Assembly: GCA_002269645.1 (NCBI GenBank) | Contig: NIVC01002081.1 | Coordinates: 62,001 to 126,000, forward strand | DNA from: Macrostomum lignano | Taxonomy: Eukaryota | Reading direction: 5' to 3' | DNA: 64,000 bases | Shown here: one piece after another, positions 1 through 62,149 of the stretch | How positions within the stretch are numbered: the stretch's first letter is position 1 | How the letters are laid out: every line of letters starts with the position of its first letter | Translations under genes and position numbers: made by a program | Notes under the pieces: model-generated | Told to the model about the DNA's origin: nothing | Database searches by the model: none | The model's input: only the letters and a program-made list of their open reading frames with translations

Positions 1-708
1 CAGTCTCTTATCTCCCTCAGTCTCTTATCTCCATCAGTCTCTTATCTCCCCAGTCTCTTATCTCCCTCAGTCTTTTATCTCCCTCAGTCTCTTATCTCCC
101 TCAATCTCTTATCTCCATCAGTCTCTTATCTCCATCAGTCTCTTATCTCCCTCAGTCTCTTATCTCCCTCAATCTCTTATCTCCTTCAGTCTCTTATCTC
201 CCTCAGTCTCTTATCTCCCTCAGTCTCTTATCTCCCTCAGTCTCTTATCTCCCTCAGTCTCTTATCTCCCTCAGTCTCTTATCTCTCTCAGTCTCTTATC
301 TCCCTCAGTCTCTTATCTCTCTCAGTCTCTATCTCCCTCAGTCTCTTATCTCCTTTAGTCTCTTATCTTCCTCAGTCTCTTATCTCCCTCAGTCTCTTAT
401 CTCCTTCAGTCTCTTATCTCCCTCAGTCTCTTATCTCTCTCAGTCTCTTATCTCCCTCAGTCTCTTATCTCCTTCAGTCTCTTATCTCCCTCAGTCTCTT
501 ATCTCCCTCAGTCTCTTATCTCCCTCAGTCTCTTATCTCCCTCAGTCTCTTATCTCTCTCAGTCTCTTATCTCCCTCAGTCTCTTATCTCTCTCAGTCTC
601 TATCTCCCTCAGTCTCTTATCTCCTTTAGTCTCTTATCTTCCTCAGTCTCTTATCTTCCTCAGTCTCTTATCTCCCTCAGTCTCTTATCTCCTTCAGTCT
701 CTTATCTC
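1..708. repeat. 17-bp minisatellite (CAGTCTCTTATCTCCCT)n
   Basis: About 41 tandem units. Confidence 0.97.
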
Positions 709-1374
709 ATTTCTCACTCAACAGTCACTATCATCTCTGTTTTACTCTTTGCAGATTCAATTCAATTTCGCATATTCCTGCCTACTACCAGCCCAGACTA
801 ACGTGGCTATAGAAAATGAAATTAATAAACTGTGTAAAATTTTCAGCATGCGGGTTCGGTATTAATAAAAAAACGCCACAATTAAAAGGCGTGTTAACTC
901 TCACGTATTGGTTTAAGCATTCGCCGCCACCGTAAAACAACGCTTCAGCCTCATCTGAAGTTGTATATTCTATAGATGAATATAATATTGCATATCTCTG
1001 GGTTGGATAGATTTGCCAGATCTGTTTCAATATCCCACTGTGTGCGGTTTAATCTGCCTAATGGAGTGGCTGGATTGCATTTATCACACTGCGAGTTTGC
1101 CGGGTTTAGTCAGACAGGTTGGAGCTGGGAAGTGTTTTATATAATGTGTGTGTATAGGGTTCAGCTCCTGATTACACAACCTGTGTGCAGCCGCCCCTCG
1201 ACCTGCCCACAAGTGCCTCCTTGTCGTCTTGAATTGAAACGCAGGAGAAAAAAATTGATTAACCGTTTCGGCTCTCGATGCAGAATTGAATTTATTGCGT
1301 GACGCCTGTCTGTAATGTGTGTGGCAAGTGTGTGTTTTGTGTGTGTTTTTGTGTTTTATGTGCGTTTTTGTGCG

Positions 1375-1900
1375 TGAGTGTTATGTGCGATAGTGTTTTG
1401 TGTGATAGTGTTATGTGGGAGTGTTATGTGCAATAGTGTTATCCAGTGTTATGTGTGATAGTGATATGCTTGAGTGTTATGTGTGATAGTGTTATGTGCG
1501 AGTGTTATGTGCAATAGTGTTATGTGCGATAGTGTTATGTGTGATAGTGTTATGCTTGAGTGTTATGTGTGATAGTGTTATGCTTGAGTGTTATGTGTGA
1601 TAGTGTTATGTGCGAGTGTTATGCGCAATAGTGTTATGTGTGATAGTGTTATGCTTGAGTGTTATGTGTGATAGTGTTATGTGCGATAGTGTTATGTGTG
1701 ATAGTGTTATGTGTGATGGTGTTATGTGTGATAGTGTTATGTGTGATAGTGTTATGTGCGATAGTGTTATGCTTGAGTGTTATGTGCAATAGTGTTATGT
1801 GTGATAGTGTTATGTGCGAGTGTTATGTGTGATGGTGTTATGTGTGATAGTGTTATGCTTGAGTGTTATGTGTGATAGTGTTATGTGCGAGTGTTATGCA
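1375..1900. repeat. 13/15-bp minisatellite (TGTGATAGTGTTATG / CTTGAGTGTTATG)
   Basis: Direct reading. Confidence 0.93.
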
Positions 1901-2040
1901 TGTTTGTTGTGTGCGTCAGTCTTGCTTCACTGACGATGGCAATTGTTTTACTCAACTCTTTACTTAACTTTGGATTTGAGATTTGAATATGATATTGCCT
2001 ATTCACTACCGAGTAATGCAACACCCTGACTTCATTACAG

Positions 2041-24539
<22,499 letters not shown>

Positions 24540-24909
24540 CCATGGCAACCACGGACCATGCCAACATATCATCTCCAGCTCGCGCCCGACTCATATCACA
24601 CTGTCTCCGTTTGTTATAATGTAAAACAAGAACTGTTGGTCCCGCGCTTAATTTGATCAAATTTCGTTTGTCCTTTGTAAACTAAAGTTAATCTGCTCTG
24701 TAAATTTCTAATTGCTGTAATTCATCTCTTTTTTCTAGTAGTGCGACTTATAATTGCAGTGGAAAAAGTACATTTTACAAAGTACATCAGCTGTCGTTTG
24801 CTTATTTATTAAAGTGCTAATTATCCAATTCTGCTATCTGTTTCCGTTGTCACCAGGTTTTTGATGCTTGTCTTTGTCTTTGTAAGGGAACTGTGTTATA
24901 TTTTATAAG

Positions 24910-24915
24910 AATAAA
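24910..24915 (+). promoter_or_regulatory. Candidate polyadenylation signal of coe
   Basis: AATAAA about 370 nt after the stop in an AT-rich 3' UTR. Confidence 0.45.
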
Positions 24916-25142
24916 TCTATTGTACTTTTACGGCATTGAAAAATATGTATAAATAATCCCTCAAATCTATCTGCTTGTAAGACCTACTTCTAACGGGTTT
25001 TTGCTTATTTAATTTTACTGAACTCTGACAATAAATAGTCCTTGTCTAGTAAGTATGAAAACTTACCCAGTATGACTGGAATCTTCGCTGAAGAGTGAAT
25101 CACGAAACAATAATTTCGGAGTCCAGACAGTGGAAGTAGGAA

Positions 25143-25330
25143 AACCCGGAAGTGAAGGAACAAAGACCCGGAAGTGAAGGAACAAAGACCCGGAAGTGAA
25201 GGAACAAAAACCCAGAAGTGAAGGAACAAAGACCCGGAAGTGAAGGAACAAAGATCCGGAAGTGAAGGAACAAGGACCCGGAAGTGAAGGGAACAAAGCC
25301 ACGGAAGTGAAGGAACAAAGACACGGATGT
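25143..25330. repeat. 22-bp repeat (CCCGGAAGTGAAGGAACAAAGA)n
   Basis: About 8-9 units in the intergenic gap. Confidence 0.93.
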
Positions 25331-25912
25331 AGAGGAACTTTGTTCTATCCAGAAGAGGAAACAAAGACCATGAAAAATTGATGTATAGAATAACTGATAA
25401 ACTGAAAAAGCTCATTCAAAAAAACTTATCAAAGGCAAAACAAATTCTACAGGAGTTGTACAAAAGCATCTCAAAGCTAAGGCTAGCGCAAGTGATCTCA
25501 TTGCCATGCACTCAATGCATGCTAGACGTGATTAGTGTGTACTTTGTGACAAAAAAGTACTAATTGTTCCCCACAATACATAAAACTGATATTTCTAACA
25601 ATACTCTGTACTGCTTTTAGTAAGATAAGCAAAATACATATAGAAAGAGATTAGCAAAAGAAGATCTTTACAAGAAAGTTTCAAAAATATTTTTTGTCAA
25701 TTTTCAACTCGTTTATATTGATAGCTTTACAAGGGTGAAAATACTCGTATTTTTTACTTTTTTGAAAAATGGTGTTTTGAGATATGCCTGTAATGGAACA
25801 AAGAATATGTTTCACAAGCACATAGTGCATGTTTCTTGAAGGCTGTGGTTTGTTTCAGACCAGAGAAAAACTATTCAATTGATGTATAAAGTCTTGGCTG
25901 CATCATGGCACA

Positions 25913-26197
25913 CAGCTGTGTCATATCTATACTCATAGCTGTGTCATATCTATACTCATAGCTGTGTCATATCTATACTCATAGCTGTGTCATATCTATA
26001 CTCATAGCTGTGTCATATCTATACTCATAGCTGTGTCAAATCTATACTCATAGCTGTGTCATATCTATACTCATAGCTGTGTCAAATCTATACTCATAGC
26101 TGTGTCATATCTATTCTCATAGCTGTGTCATATCTATACTCATAGCTGTGTCATATCCTATACTCATAGCTGTGTCATATCCTATACTCATAGCTGT
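25913..26197. repeat. 23-bp minisatellite (AGCTGTGTCATATCTATACTCAT)n
   Basis: About 12 units just past the PDE stop. Confidence 0.95.
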
Positions 26198-26239
26198 CGT
26201 ATATCTTCTACGATTCAACATAAATAAGAAATTTATTTT

Positions 26240-52935
<26,696 letters not shown>

Positions 52936-53105
52936 GATTGGGGAGAAATTTTTGAGCAGAACAGAGAAGCTTTGAGTTTTCTGTCTACTAGGAATCGACG
53001 TCACATTTGCGGCCTTGTGCTTGATCTGGAATGTTGTTGGGGATTTAGAAAATGGAGTGTTGCAGGAATTCTTGATGCCTATATGTGACTGGGATTTTAA
53101 TCACG

Positions 53106-53578
53106 GATGTCTCTAGATGAGAGTAGTGGCTACACACCAGATGTCTCTAGATGAGAGTAGTGGCTACACACCAGATGTCTCTAGATGAGATTGGTGGCTA
53201 CACACCAGATGTCTCTAGATGAGAGTAGTGGCTACACACCAGATGTCTCTAGATGAGAGTAGTGGCTACACACCAGATGTCTCTAGATGAGATTGGTGGC
53301 TACACACCAGATGACTCTAGATGAGATTGGTGGCTACACACCAGATGTCTCTAGATGAGATTGGTGGCTACACACCAGATGTCTCTAGATGAGAGTAGTG
53401 GCTACACACCAGATGTCTCTAGATGAGATTGGTGGCTACACACCAGATGTCTCTAGATGAGAGTAGTGGCTACACACCAGATGACTCTAGATGAGATTGG
53501 TGGCTACACACCAGATGTCTCTAGATGAGAGTAGTGACTACACACCATATGTCTCTAGATGAGAGTAGTGACTACACA
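53106..53578. repeat. 34-bp minisatellite (ATGTCTCTAGATGAGAGTAGTGGCTACACACCAG)n
   Basis: About 14 units. Confidence 0.96.
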
Positions 53579-53844
53579 CAATTATTTGGCATCGACAATA
53601 TTGATATTTGCTGAACCGCCCGTGACAGAAACTGATCACTGTTAATTTGCTTGTAGCATAATTTATCAATACGAGAGAATAATGTATGACAAGTAGCTCT
53701 ACGAAATCCTGAGATATTCTCGGCGATCTCCACTGATTTATGGCCAACGCAGTAAAGAAAAATCTGGGATTACCTCGTAAAATAGAACTGACTTGCTTCT
53801 CGCTTTTATAGCAAAGTGTGGGATGCAATATATTTTGAAAATTC

Positions 53845-54026
<182 letters not shown>

Positions 54027-55099
54027 CACCTAAAAATGCAGATCACTGCGGTGTATCAAATTTATATAAAAAGAAACGGATTCGCGATGGGCAACAAAAA
54101 AACAATATTTTTATTTCCTAATAAGCTCTCACTCATAAACCTGTGATCCCAGTGAATTTATACACGAGCGTATAAATGGACTGCTAATTAAACTTAATTA
54201 AACAAGTGCAGAATGCATCGATCCGCTATCTAGCAGTGCTTGCACTGGCTGCTCTAAAAGTATTATCGATCTTGTTGGGCAATTCGGATTGAAGAACTTT
54301 AGCAGCGATCACCACGGTCTCTCAGCCCCATCTTTCTTAGTTCGTTTCTACACCATGTCACTGACTGTCTCAAATTGGATCCCCCTAATTCTGTCTTTCT
54401 CCCCCTCTCTCTCTCTCTCTCTCTCTTCCATTCCCCTCATCTCAATTTTTCGTTGAACATTGAATCTCAAAGAAAGTTGCAATCAACTTTAAAATACCAC
54501 TGAATCCCACTGAAGAATTCTTTCCACAGCCTTTTATACAGCCTAAGCTCTGGGGCAGAGGAAAATTTATTTCCAACCAACACTCAGAAAAAATCCAGAC
54601 CAGATGTTGAGCACAGCAAAGGAGTCTCTGTAATCAATGCCTTTAGGCTTCCCCATCTCTGCATTCTCCCATCCCGATCCCGTGATCCGCAGATCCCCCG
54701 GCCAAGCGCCCACGCCGCAGCTGGGCCCCGGCCAGATCCTCTCCCTACCCACCCCCCGTAGCCGAATGAATATCCTTTATCCGTTTGCTCCCCTCTCCCA
54801 GCTCCCTCGAATCTTTTCCGCCTCATCAGTATCGATTATTTATGGCGCAGACTCTGACCCCCCCCCCTCGGAGGCCATCAAGCATGCAACAACTAATAGG
54901 GTGAAAACTATTAACAGACCATTAGCGAATCATAACTGTTACTGGAGTATAGTAAGGAGTGACCTCAGTTGACCTGAGTTAATCTTTGGTCTGAGTATGA
55001 GTTGAGCTATGAACTGCAAGGACAACTTAAGTAGAAGGACGCAACACTCGAAATCTCGCAACATTTCGAGTGTAGCGCCCTATATATACATATGTTGCT

Positions 55100-55442
55100 T
55101 GAGTAGTCATTGACTCTCTGATGTGCGGCCCAGGCTCGATTCCAAGTGCAGTCAATTTGCGGCTAAATTGGAATCTCGGCTTGGCTCTGCTCGTGCAATT
55201 AACGCCATTTGAGGGCCAACAACCCCCAAGGTACAGTGAAGTGTACATGCCTAACGATAAATAAAGTTAGGGCCGCTGTACACTCCTGTGTGAGTGTGTG
55301 CCTGTGCGTATGACTGCGTACGTATCCGCGCGCTTGTGTGCCTGCTCTGGGGAGTCGGCGGAATGGTTAGCAATGCCTCTGGCCGGTTGTGTGACAATTT
55401 TGCTTAAAGAGCACCAGGGTGCACAGCCCCTGTCTCTAATAC
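55100..55442 (+). mobile_element. Second copy of the same SINE (5' head eroded)
   Basis: Long near-identical blocks with 51350..51650 (CCCAGGCTCGATTCCAAGTGCAGTCA..., GGAATCTCGGCTTGGCTCTGCTCGTGCAATTA...). Confidence 0.85.
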
Positions 55443-55479
55443 GAGCGTAAAAAACTACATAGACTGAGGTGAAGAGTGA

Positions 55480-56190
55480 TCCTAATGACCAGATGGACTG
55501 GGGTAAGGAGTGACCCCAATGACCAGATGGACTGGGGTGAGGAGTGACCCCAATGACCAGATGGACTGGGGTGAGGAGTGACCCCAATGACCAGATGGAC
55601 TGGGGTGAGGAGTGACCCCAATGACCAGATTGACTGGGGTGAGGAGTGACCCCAATGACCAGATTGACTGGGGTGAGGAGTAATCCCAATGACCAGATGG
55701 ACTGGGGTGAGGAGTGACCCCAATGACCAGATGGACTGGGGTGAGGAGTGATCCCAATGACCAGATGGACTGGGGTGAGGAGTGACCCCAATGACCAGAT
55801 TGACTGGGGTGAGGAGTGACCCCAATGACCTGATGGACTGGGGTGAGGAGTGACCCCAATGACCAGATTGACTAAGGTGAGGAGTGACCTCAATGACCAG
55901 ATTGACTGGGGTGAGGAGTGACCCCAATGACCAGATTGACTGGGGTGAGGAGTGACCCCAATGACCTGATGGACTGGGGTGAGGAGTGACCCCAATGACC
56001 AGATTGACTGGGGTGAGGAGTGACCCCAATGACTAGATTGACTGGGGTGAGGAGTGACCCCAATGACCAGATGGACTGGTTGAGGAGTGATCCTAATGAC
56101 CAGATGGACTGGGGTGAGGAGTGATCCCAATGACCAGATGGACTGGGGTGAGGAGTGACCCCAATGACCAGATGGACTGGTTGAGGAGTG
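55480..56190. repeat. 34-bp minisatellite (GACCAGATGGACTGGGGTGAGGAGTGACCCCAAT)n
   Basis: About 21 units. Confidence 0.96.
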
Positions 56191-56929
56191 CCACCAGTTA
56201 CACGAAATAATGAATTAATTTAAATAGCAAAATATAGCATTAGCAATAAAATAGTAACTTACCGGAATCAAAATTGAATTTATTGCGGAATTAATTAGTA
56301 ATAAGTAAATATATAGATATGCAGAGAACTGGAAGTGTGACAAGCGCCAAGGGCAAACCCAGAACTGGCTTTGCGGACAGGGGAATTGGCGGCTTAAAAG
56401 ATTAAGCGCAGAGGTGAGAAAAATTGATATTATTATTATTGTTATTATTATTGGAGCTTGAGGAGCAGTTCGCAGGTCAACTAAGACTGTAGAGTGTAGT
56501 GGGACTTTTCTGGCTTATTTTGTCCCCACTGCAGTTCGTTCACCTCCTCCACCCCCTCCTCTCTCCCTCCCTCCCTCCTCTCCTCTCTGTCCCCCACCCC
56601 TTGCCCTCCCCCACACCGGCTAAATCGCTTTGGAAATGAGGGCAGGGAGAGAGAGAGAGAGAGGTTAAAATGCAAAGGGGAGGGGAGGAAGCGAACCTTG
56701 AAGAAAAATAGGGTGCAGTGCGTTCTCTTCGTCCCTGGGACTGGGGGGGGGGTCTAGTCCATGGGTCGGGCAGGCCTGGCTTTTTGTGGATACAGGAAGA
56801 AAAGAGGAAATCGCTGGCGGGTTAGCCAATCGAAGATAGAGATGGCGGAGGCTGAGGTCGTTGCTGTCGACAAGGCGAAAGAAACACAAAAAACTACTGC
56901 CTGCCTAGTGTCGATTGGTTTCTGTTCTC

Positions 56930-57870
56930 TCCTGCTTTCTCCCTCACTCTCTACTCTCTCCCTCTACTCTCTTCTCTCTCTTCCTGACCCTCTACTCTCT
57001 CTCCTTCACTCTCTACTCTCTCCCTCACTCTCTTCTCTCTCCCTCACTCTCTTCTCTCTCTTCCTGATCCTCTACTCTCTCTCCTTCACTCTCTACTCTC
57101 TCCCTCACTCTCTTCTCTCTCTTCCTGATCCTCTACTCTCTCTCCCTCACTCTCTACTCTCTCCTTCACTCTCTACTCTCTCCCTCACTCTCTACTCTCT
57201 CCCTCACTCTCTTCTCTCTCTTCCTGATCCTCTACTCTCTCTCCCTCACTCTCTAGTCTCTCCTTCACTCTCTACTCTCTCCCTCACTCTCTACTCTCTC
57301 CCTCACTCTCTTCTCTCTCTTCCTGATCCTCTACTCTCTCTCCCTCACTCTCTACTCTCTCCCTCACTCTCTTCTCTCTCTTCCTGATCCTCTACTCTCT
57401 CTCCCTCACTCTCTACTCTCTCCTTCACTCTCTACTCTCTCCCTCACTCTCTACTCTCTCCCTCACTCTCTTCTCTCTCTTCCTGATCCTCTACTCTCTC
57501 TCCCTCACTCTCTACTCTCTCCCTCACTCTCTTCTCTCTCTTCCTGATCCTCTACTCTCTCTCCTTCACTCTCTACTCTCTCCCTCACTCTCTTCTCTCT
57601 CTTCCTGATCCTCTACTCTCTCTCCCTCACTCTCTACTCTCTCCTTCACTCTCTACTCTCTCCCTCACTCTCTACTCTCTCTCCCCCACTCTCTACTCTT
57701 ACCCTCACTACCTACTCTCTCCCTCACTCTCTACTCTCTCCTTCACTCTCTACTCTCTCCCTCACTCTCTACTCTCTCCTTCACTCTCTACTCTCTCCCT
57801 CACTCTCTACTCTCTCTCCCTCACTCTCTACTCTTACCCTCACTCTCTACTCTCCCCCTCACTCTCTCTT
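56930..57870. repeat. Pyrimidine-rich composite repeat (CTCTCTACTCTCTCCCTCA)
   Basis: Direct reading. Confidence 0.93.
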
Positions 57871-58559
57871 CTAGCACTCCAACTTAAACTGGCACTCCTA
57901 ACCCTAGTCACCTCTATACTGATACTCGTGCCCTTTTCAACTCGTATATTGATTGAGTAATCGAAAAACCAGCTTTAGTTAACTTCAGGCAGGCGGGGCA
58001 GGCTTGCAGGGCAGGCAAGCTGTTTTGCCTCTAACTAGCTTAACATAACAGTGTATAGCCAACCCCGAGAGGGTAAGAGAGAGACCCCAGGCAGAAGAGC
58101 GAGCAGGGATAAATGGGGGTGGGTGGATTTTCAGTCACATTTGACTTGTCCTCATCTCCGTGTTCCCAGCTGAGTGCATATTATGCACTGCCGCTCCTAA
58201 ACCCCTTCCCTAACCTCTTCCCTCTGGAACGTGTCCCCCAGCTGTCAAGCCAAATTGTGCTTCAAGCCAAATGAACTGCACATAGGAAAGCTAACAGCCG
58301 TTTACCGACTCGCAAAGCATTCTCGGACATATGCATTGACTTACTCTTATTAGCTAGGTCTAAAAATAACACGATCCATTTGTGGTCTTCTCGTGTGTTA
58401 ATGGTCTTGGCGTATGCGGCTTTTTAAATAGGATTTTGTCAAAATAAATATTGCTTTAATGCCGTTAAAAATGACGTTAAAAATGACAGAAATGAACAAC
58501 CTTATTTCTGTGTTTTCATTCACAGGAGCGCCAAAATTTTGGCGTCAATTAATTTGCTA

Positions 58560-59120
58560 CAGCTGTTGTCTGAGCTCATGACAACAGCTGTAGCGTCCCT
58601 GACAACAGCATTAGGGTCTCCTGACAACAGCATTGGGGTCTCCTGACAGCAGCTGTAGCGTCCCTGACAACAGCATTGGGGTCCCCTGACAACAGCATTA
58701 GGGTCTCCTGACTGCAGCTGTAGCGTCTCTGACTGCAGCATTATGGTCTCCTGATAGCAACTGTAGCGTCCCTGACAACAGCATTAGGGTCTCCTGATAA
58801 CAACATTAGGGTCTCCTGACAACAGCATTAGGGTCTCCTGACAGCAGCTGTAGCGTCCCTGACAACAGCATTAGGGTCTCCTGATAACAACATTATGGTC
58901 TCCTGACAACAGCATTAGGGTCTCCTGACAGCAGCTGTAGCGTCCCTGACAACAGCATTAGGGTCTCCTGATAACAGCATTAGGGTCTCCTGACTGCAGC
59001 TGTAGCGTCCCTGACAACAGCATTAGCATTAGGGCCTCCTGACAACATTAGTGTGTCGCTTCTAATGTAGCGTTCCCTGACAACGACGTTAAAGCCCCTG
59101 ACAACATTTATGTCGCCTGA
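58560..59120. repeat. 22-bp-based repeat (CCTGACAACAGCATTAGGGTCT / ..GCTGTAGCGTC)
   Basis: Direct reading. Confidence 0.9.
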
Positions 59121-59485
59121 CAGTAACCACAGAAAAATACTGCAGCGTCTCGGAAAAAGCAGCAAAAAACTTACATTTATTCGCTCGCAATCGCAGAATC
59201 TGCTCCTAATAGCTCTTCTGGTTTTCCACGGGTTTCAGTTTCTACGCTTTCCGTTTTTTTAATGACGAGTTTCCTTTTTTTCACACAAGCTTAGCCAAGT
59301 CAAAAACTTCTTTGCGCAAACACGCAAACGCACAAAACTCTCTCTTTCATTTTCGTCTCCTAACTTTCGTGTACTTTTTCAGTTATACTTGGCTGCGGCC
59401 GCAACATATTTACTGTTCTGCATGCAGATCAGACTTGTTTCTGATGCCGGTCACTGTGTGCGTTTTATTTGGACATGCAGAGACA

Positions 59486-61992
59486 GCGCAAGGGAGAGGG
59501 GAGAGAGAGGGAGAGAGGAGAGAGAGGGAGAGAGGAGAGAGAGGGAGAGAGGAAAGTGAGAGGGAGAGAGGGGAGAGAGGGAGAGAGGAGAGAGAAGAAA
59601 GGGGGAGGGGAGAGAGAGGGAAAGAGGAAAGTGAGAGGAAGAGAGGAGAGAGAGGGAGAGAGGGAGAGAGGGAGAGAGGAAAGTGAGAGGGAGAGAGGAA
59701 AGTGAGAGGGAGAGAGGGGAGAGAGGGAGAGAGGAGAGAGAAGAAAGGGGGAGGGGAGAGAGAGGGAAAGAGGAAAGTGAGAGGAAGAGAGGAGAGAGAG
59801 GGAGAGAGGAGAGAGAGGGAGAGAGGAAAGTGAGAGGGAGAGAGGAGAGAGAGGGAGAGAGGAAAGTGAGAGGGAGAGAGGTGAGAGAGGGAGAGAGGAA
59901 AGTGAGAGGGAGAGAGGAGAGAGAGGGAGAGAGGAAAGTGAGAGGGAGAGAGGGAGAGAGGGAGAGAGGAGAGAGAAGAAAGGGGAGGGGAGAGAGAGGG
60001 AGAGAGGAAAGTGAGAGGGAGAGAGGGGAGAGAGGGAGAGAGGAGAGAGAGGAAGAGAGGAGAGAGAGGGAGAGAGGAGAGAGGGAGAGAGGAGAGAAAG
60101 GGGGAGGGGAGAGAGAGGGAGAGAGGAAAGTGAGAGGAAGAGAGGAGAGAGAGGGAGAGAGGAGAGAGGGAGAGAGGAGAGAGAGGAAGAGAGGAGAGAG
60201 AGGGAGAGAGGAGAGAGGGAGAGAGGAGAGAAAGGGGGAGGGGAGAGAGAGGGAGAGAGGAAAGTGAGAGGAAGAGAGGAGAGAGAGGGAGAGAGGAGAG
60301 AGGGAGAGAGGAGAGAGAGGAAGAGAGGAGAGAGAGGGAGAGAGGAGAGAGGGAGAGAGGAGAGAGAAGAAAGGGGGAGGGGAGAGAGAGGGAAAGAGGA
60401 AAGTGAGAGGAAGAGAGGAGAGAGAGGGAGAGAGGAGAGAGAGGGAGAGAGGAAAGTGAGAGGGAGAGAGGAGAGAGAGGGAGAGAGGAAAGTGAGAGGG
60501 AGAGAGGAGAGAGAGGGAGAGAGGAAAGTGAGAGGGAGAGAGGGGAGAGAGGGAGAGAGGAGAGAGAAGAAAGGGGGAGGGGAGAGAGAGGGAGAGAGGA
60601 AAGTGAGAGGGAGAGAGGGGAGAGAGGGAGAGAGGAGAGAGAGGAAGAGAGGAGAGAGAGGGAGAGAGGAGAGAGGGAGAGAGGAGAGAAAGGGGGAGGG
60701 GAGAGAGAGGGAGAGAGGAAAGTGAGAGGAAGAGAGGAGAGAGAGGGAGAGAGGAGAGAGGGAGAGAGGAGAGAGAGGAAGAGAGGAGAGAGAGGGAGAG
60801 AGGGAGAGAGGAGAGAAAGGGGGAGGGGAGAGAGAGGGAGAGAGGAAAGTGAGAGGGAGAGAGGAGAAAGGCGGAGAAGGAGAGAGAGGGAGAGAGGAAA
60901 GTGAGAGGGAGAGAGAAGAGAGGGAGAGAGGAGAGAGAGGAAGAGAGGAGAGAGAGGGAGAGAGGAGAGAGGGAGAGAGGAGAGAAAGGGGGAGGGGAGA
61001 GAGAGGGAGAGAGGAAAGTGAGAGGAAGAGAGGAGAGAGGGAGAGAGGAGAGAGAGAGGAGGAGAGAGGAAGAGAGGAGAGAGGGAGAGAGAGAGAGAGG
61101 GAGAGAGGAGAGAAAGGGGGAGGGGAGAGAGAGGGAAAGAGGAAAGTGAGAGGGAGAGAGGGGAGAGAGGGAGAGAGGAGAGAGAGGGAGAGAGGAAAGT
61201 GAGAGGGAGAGAGGAAAGTGAGAGGGAGAGAGGGGAGAGAGGGAGAGAGGAGAGAGAAGAAAGGGGGAGGGGAGAGAGAGGGAAAGAGGAAAGTGAGAGG
61301 AAGAGAGGAGAGAGAGGGAGAGAGGAGAGAGGGAGAGAGGAAAGTGAGAGGGAGAGAGGAGAGAGAGGGAGAGAGGAAAGTGAGAGGGAGAGAGGAGAGA
61401 GAGGGAGAGAGGAAAGTGAGAGGGAGAGAGGGGAGAGAGGGAGAGAGGAGAGAGAAGAAAGGGGGAGGGGAGAGAGAGGGAAAGAGGAAAGTGAGAGGAA
61501 GAGAGGAGAGAGAGGGAGAGAGGAGAGAGAGGGAGAGAGGAAAGTGAGAGGGAGAGAGGAGAGAGAGGGAGAGAGGAAAGTGAGAGGGAGAGAGGAGAGA
61601 GAGGGAGAGAGGAAAGTGAGAGGGAGAGAGGGAGAGAGGGAGAGAGGAGAGAGAAGAAAGGGGGAGGGGAGAGAGAGGGAGAGAGTAAAGTGAGAGGGAG
61701 AGAGGGAGAGAGGAGAGAGGAGAGAGAGGAGAGGGAGAGAGGGAGAGAGGAGAGAGGGAGAGAGGAGAGAAAGGGGGAGGGGAGAGAGAGGGAGAGAGGA
61801 AAGTGAGAGGAAGAGAGGAGAGAGAGGGAGAGAGGAGAGAGGGAGAGAGGAGAGAGAGGAAGAGAGGAGAGAGAGGGAGAGAGGAGAGAGGGAGAGAGGA
61901 GAGAAAGGGGGAGGGGAGAGAGAGGGAGAGAGGAAAGTGAGAGGGAGAGAGGAGAAAGGCGGAGAAGGAGATAGGGAGAGAGAGAGAGAGGG
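59486..61992. repeat. 2.5-kb polypurine (GA-rich) composite satellite
   Basis: Almost only G/A with periodic GTGA; source of the 891-aa and 850-aa ORFs. Confidence 0.97.
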
Positions 61993-62149
61993 GGAAATGA
62001 TGGTTTTTGTTTGCCAAAGTGAAAATAGCAAATATAATAATTTTGATAGGTAAAGCTTGCTTATGCTTTTCGGTTGCATTTGCATTTGAACCTCTCTTTC
62101 TATGCTTATTTCTGCTACTTAAATTGACATTTGCTCTCTTGTGCTCTTT

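Noticed and set aside
754-803. Possible upstream coe exon after ttgcag| at about 754
   Set aside because: No frame matches the expected NNGIHYRLQLLYSN segment, so the earlier exons probably lie before the window.
54800-54835. Minus-strand CTGATGAGGCGGAAA hammerhead-like core
   Set aside because: No pairing for stem II or stem I.
56761-56940. CCAAT followed by ATGGCGGAG, suggesting a divergent gene start
   Set aside because: No downstream donor or recognisable protein, and the ORF runs into a CT repeat; may be only promoter sequence.
58030-58075. Possible Helitron 3' end on minus (CCCT-CTC-GGGG...GCTAG|T)
   Set aside because: The hairpin-to-CTAG spacing (about 25 nt) and sequence differ from the three clear tails; not supportable.
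59410-62085. 891-aa and 850-aa ORFs and the antisense R/E/G ORFs
   Set aside because: Translations of a polypurine/polypyrimidine satellite that lacks stop codons by composition; no domain content.
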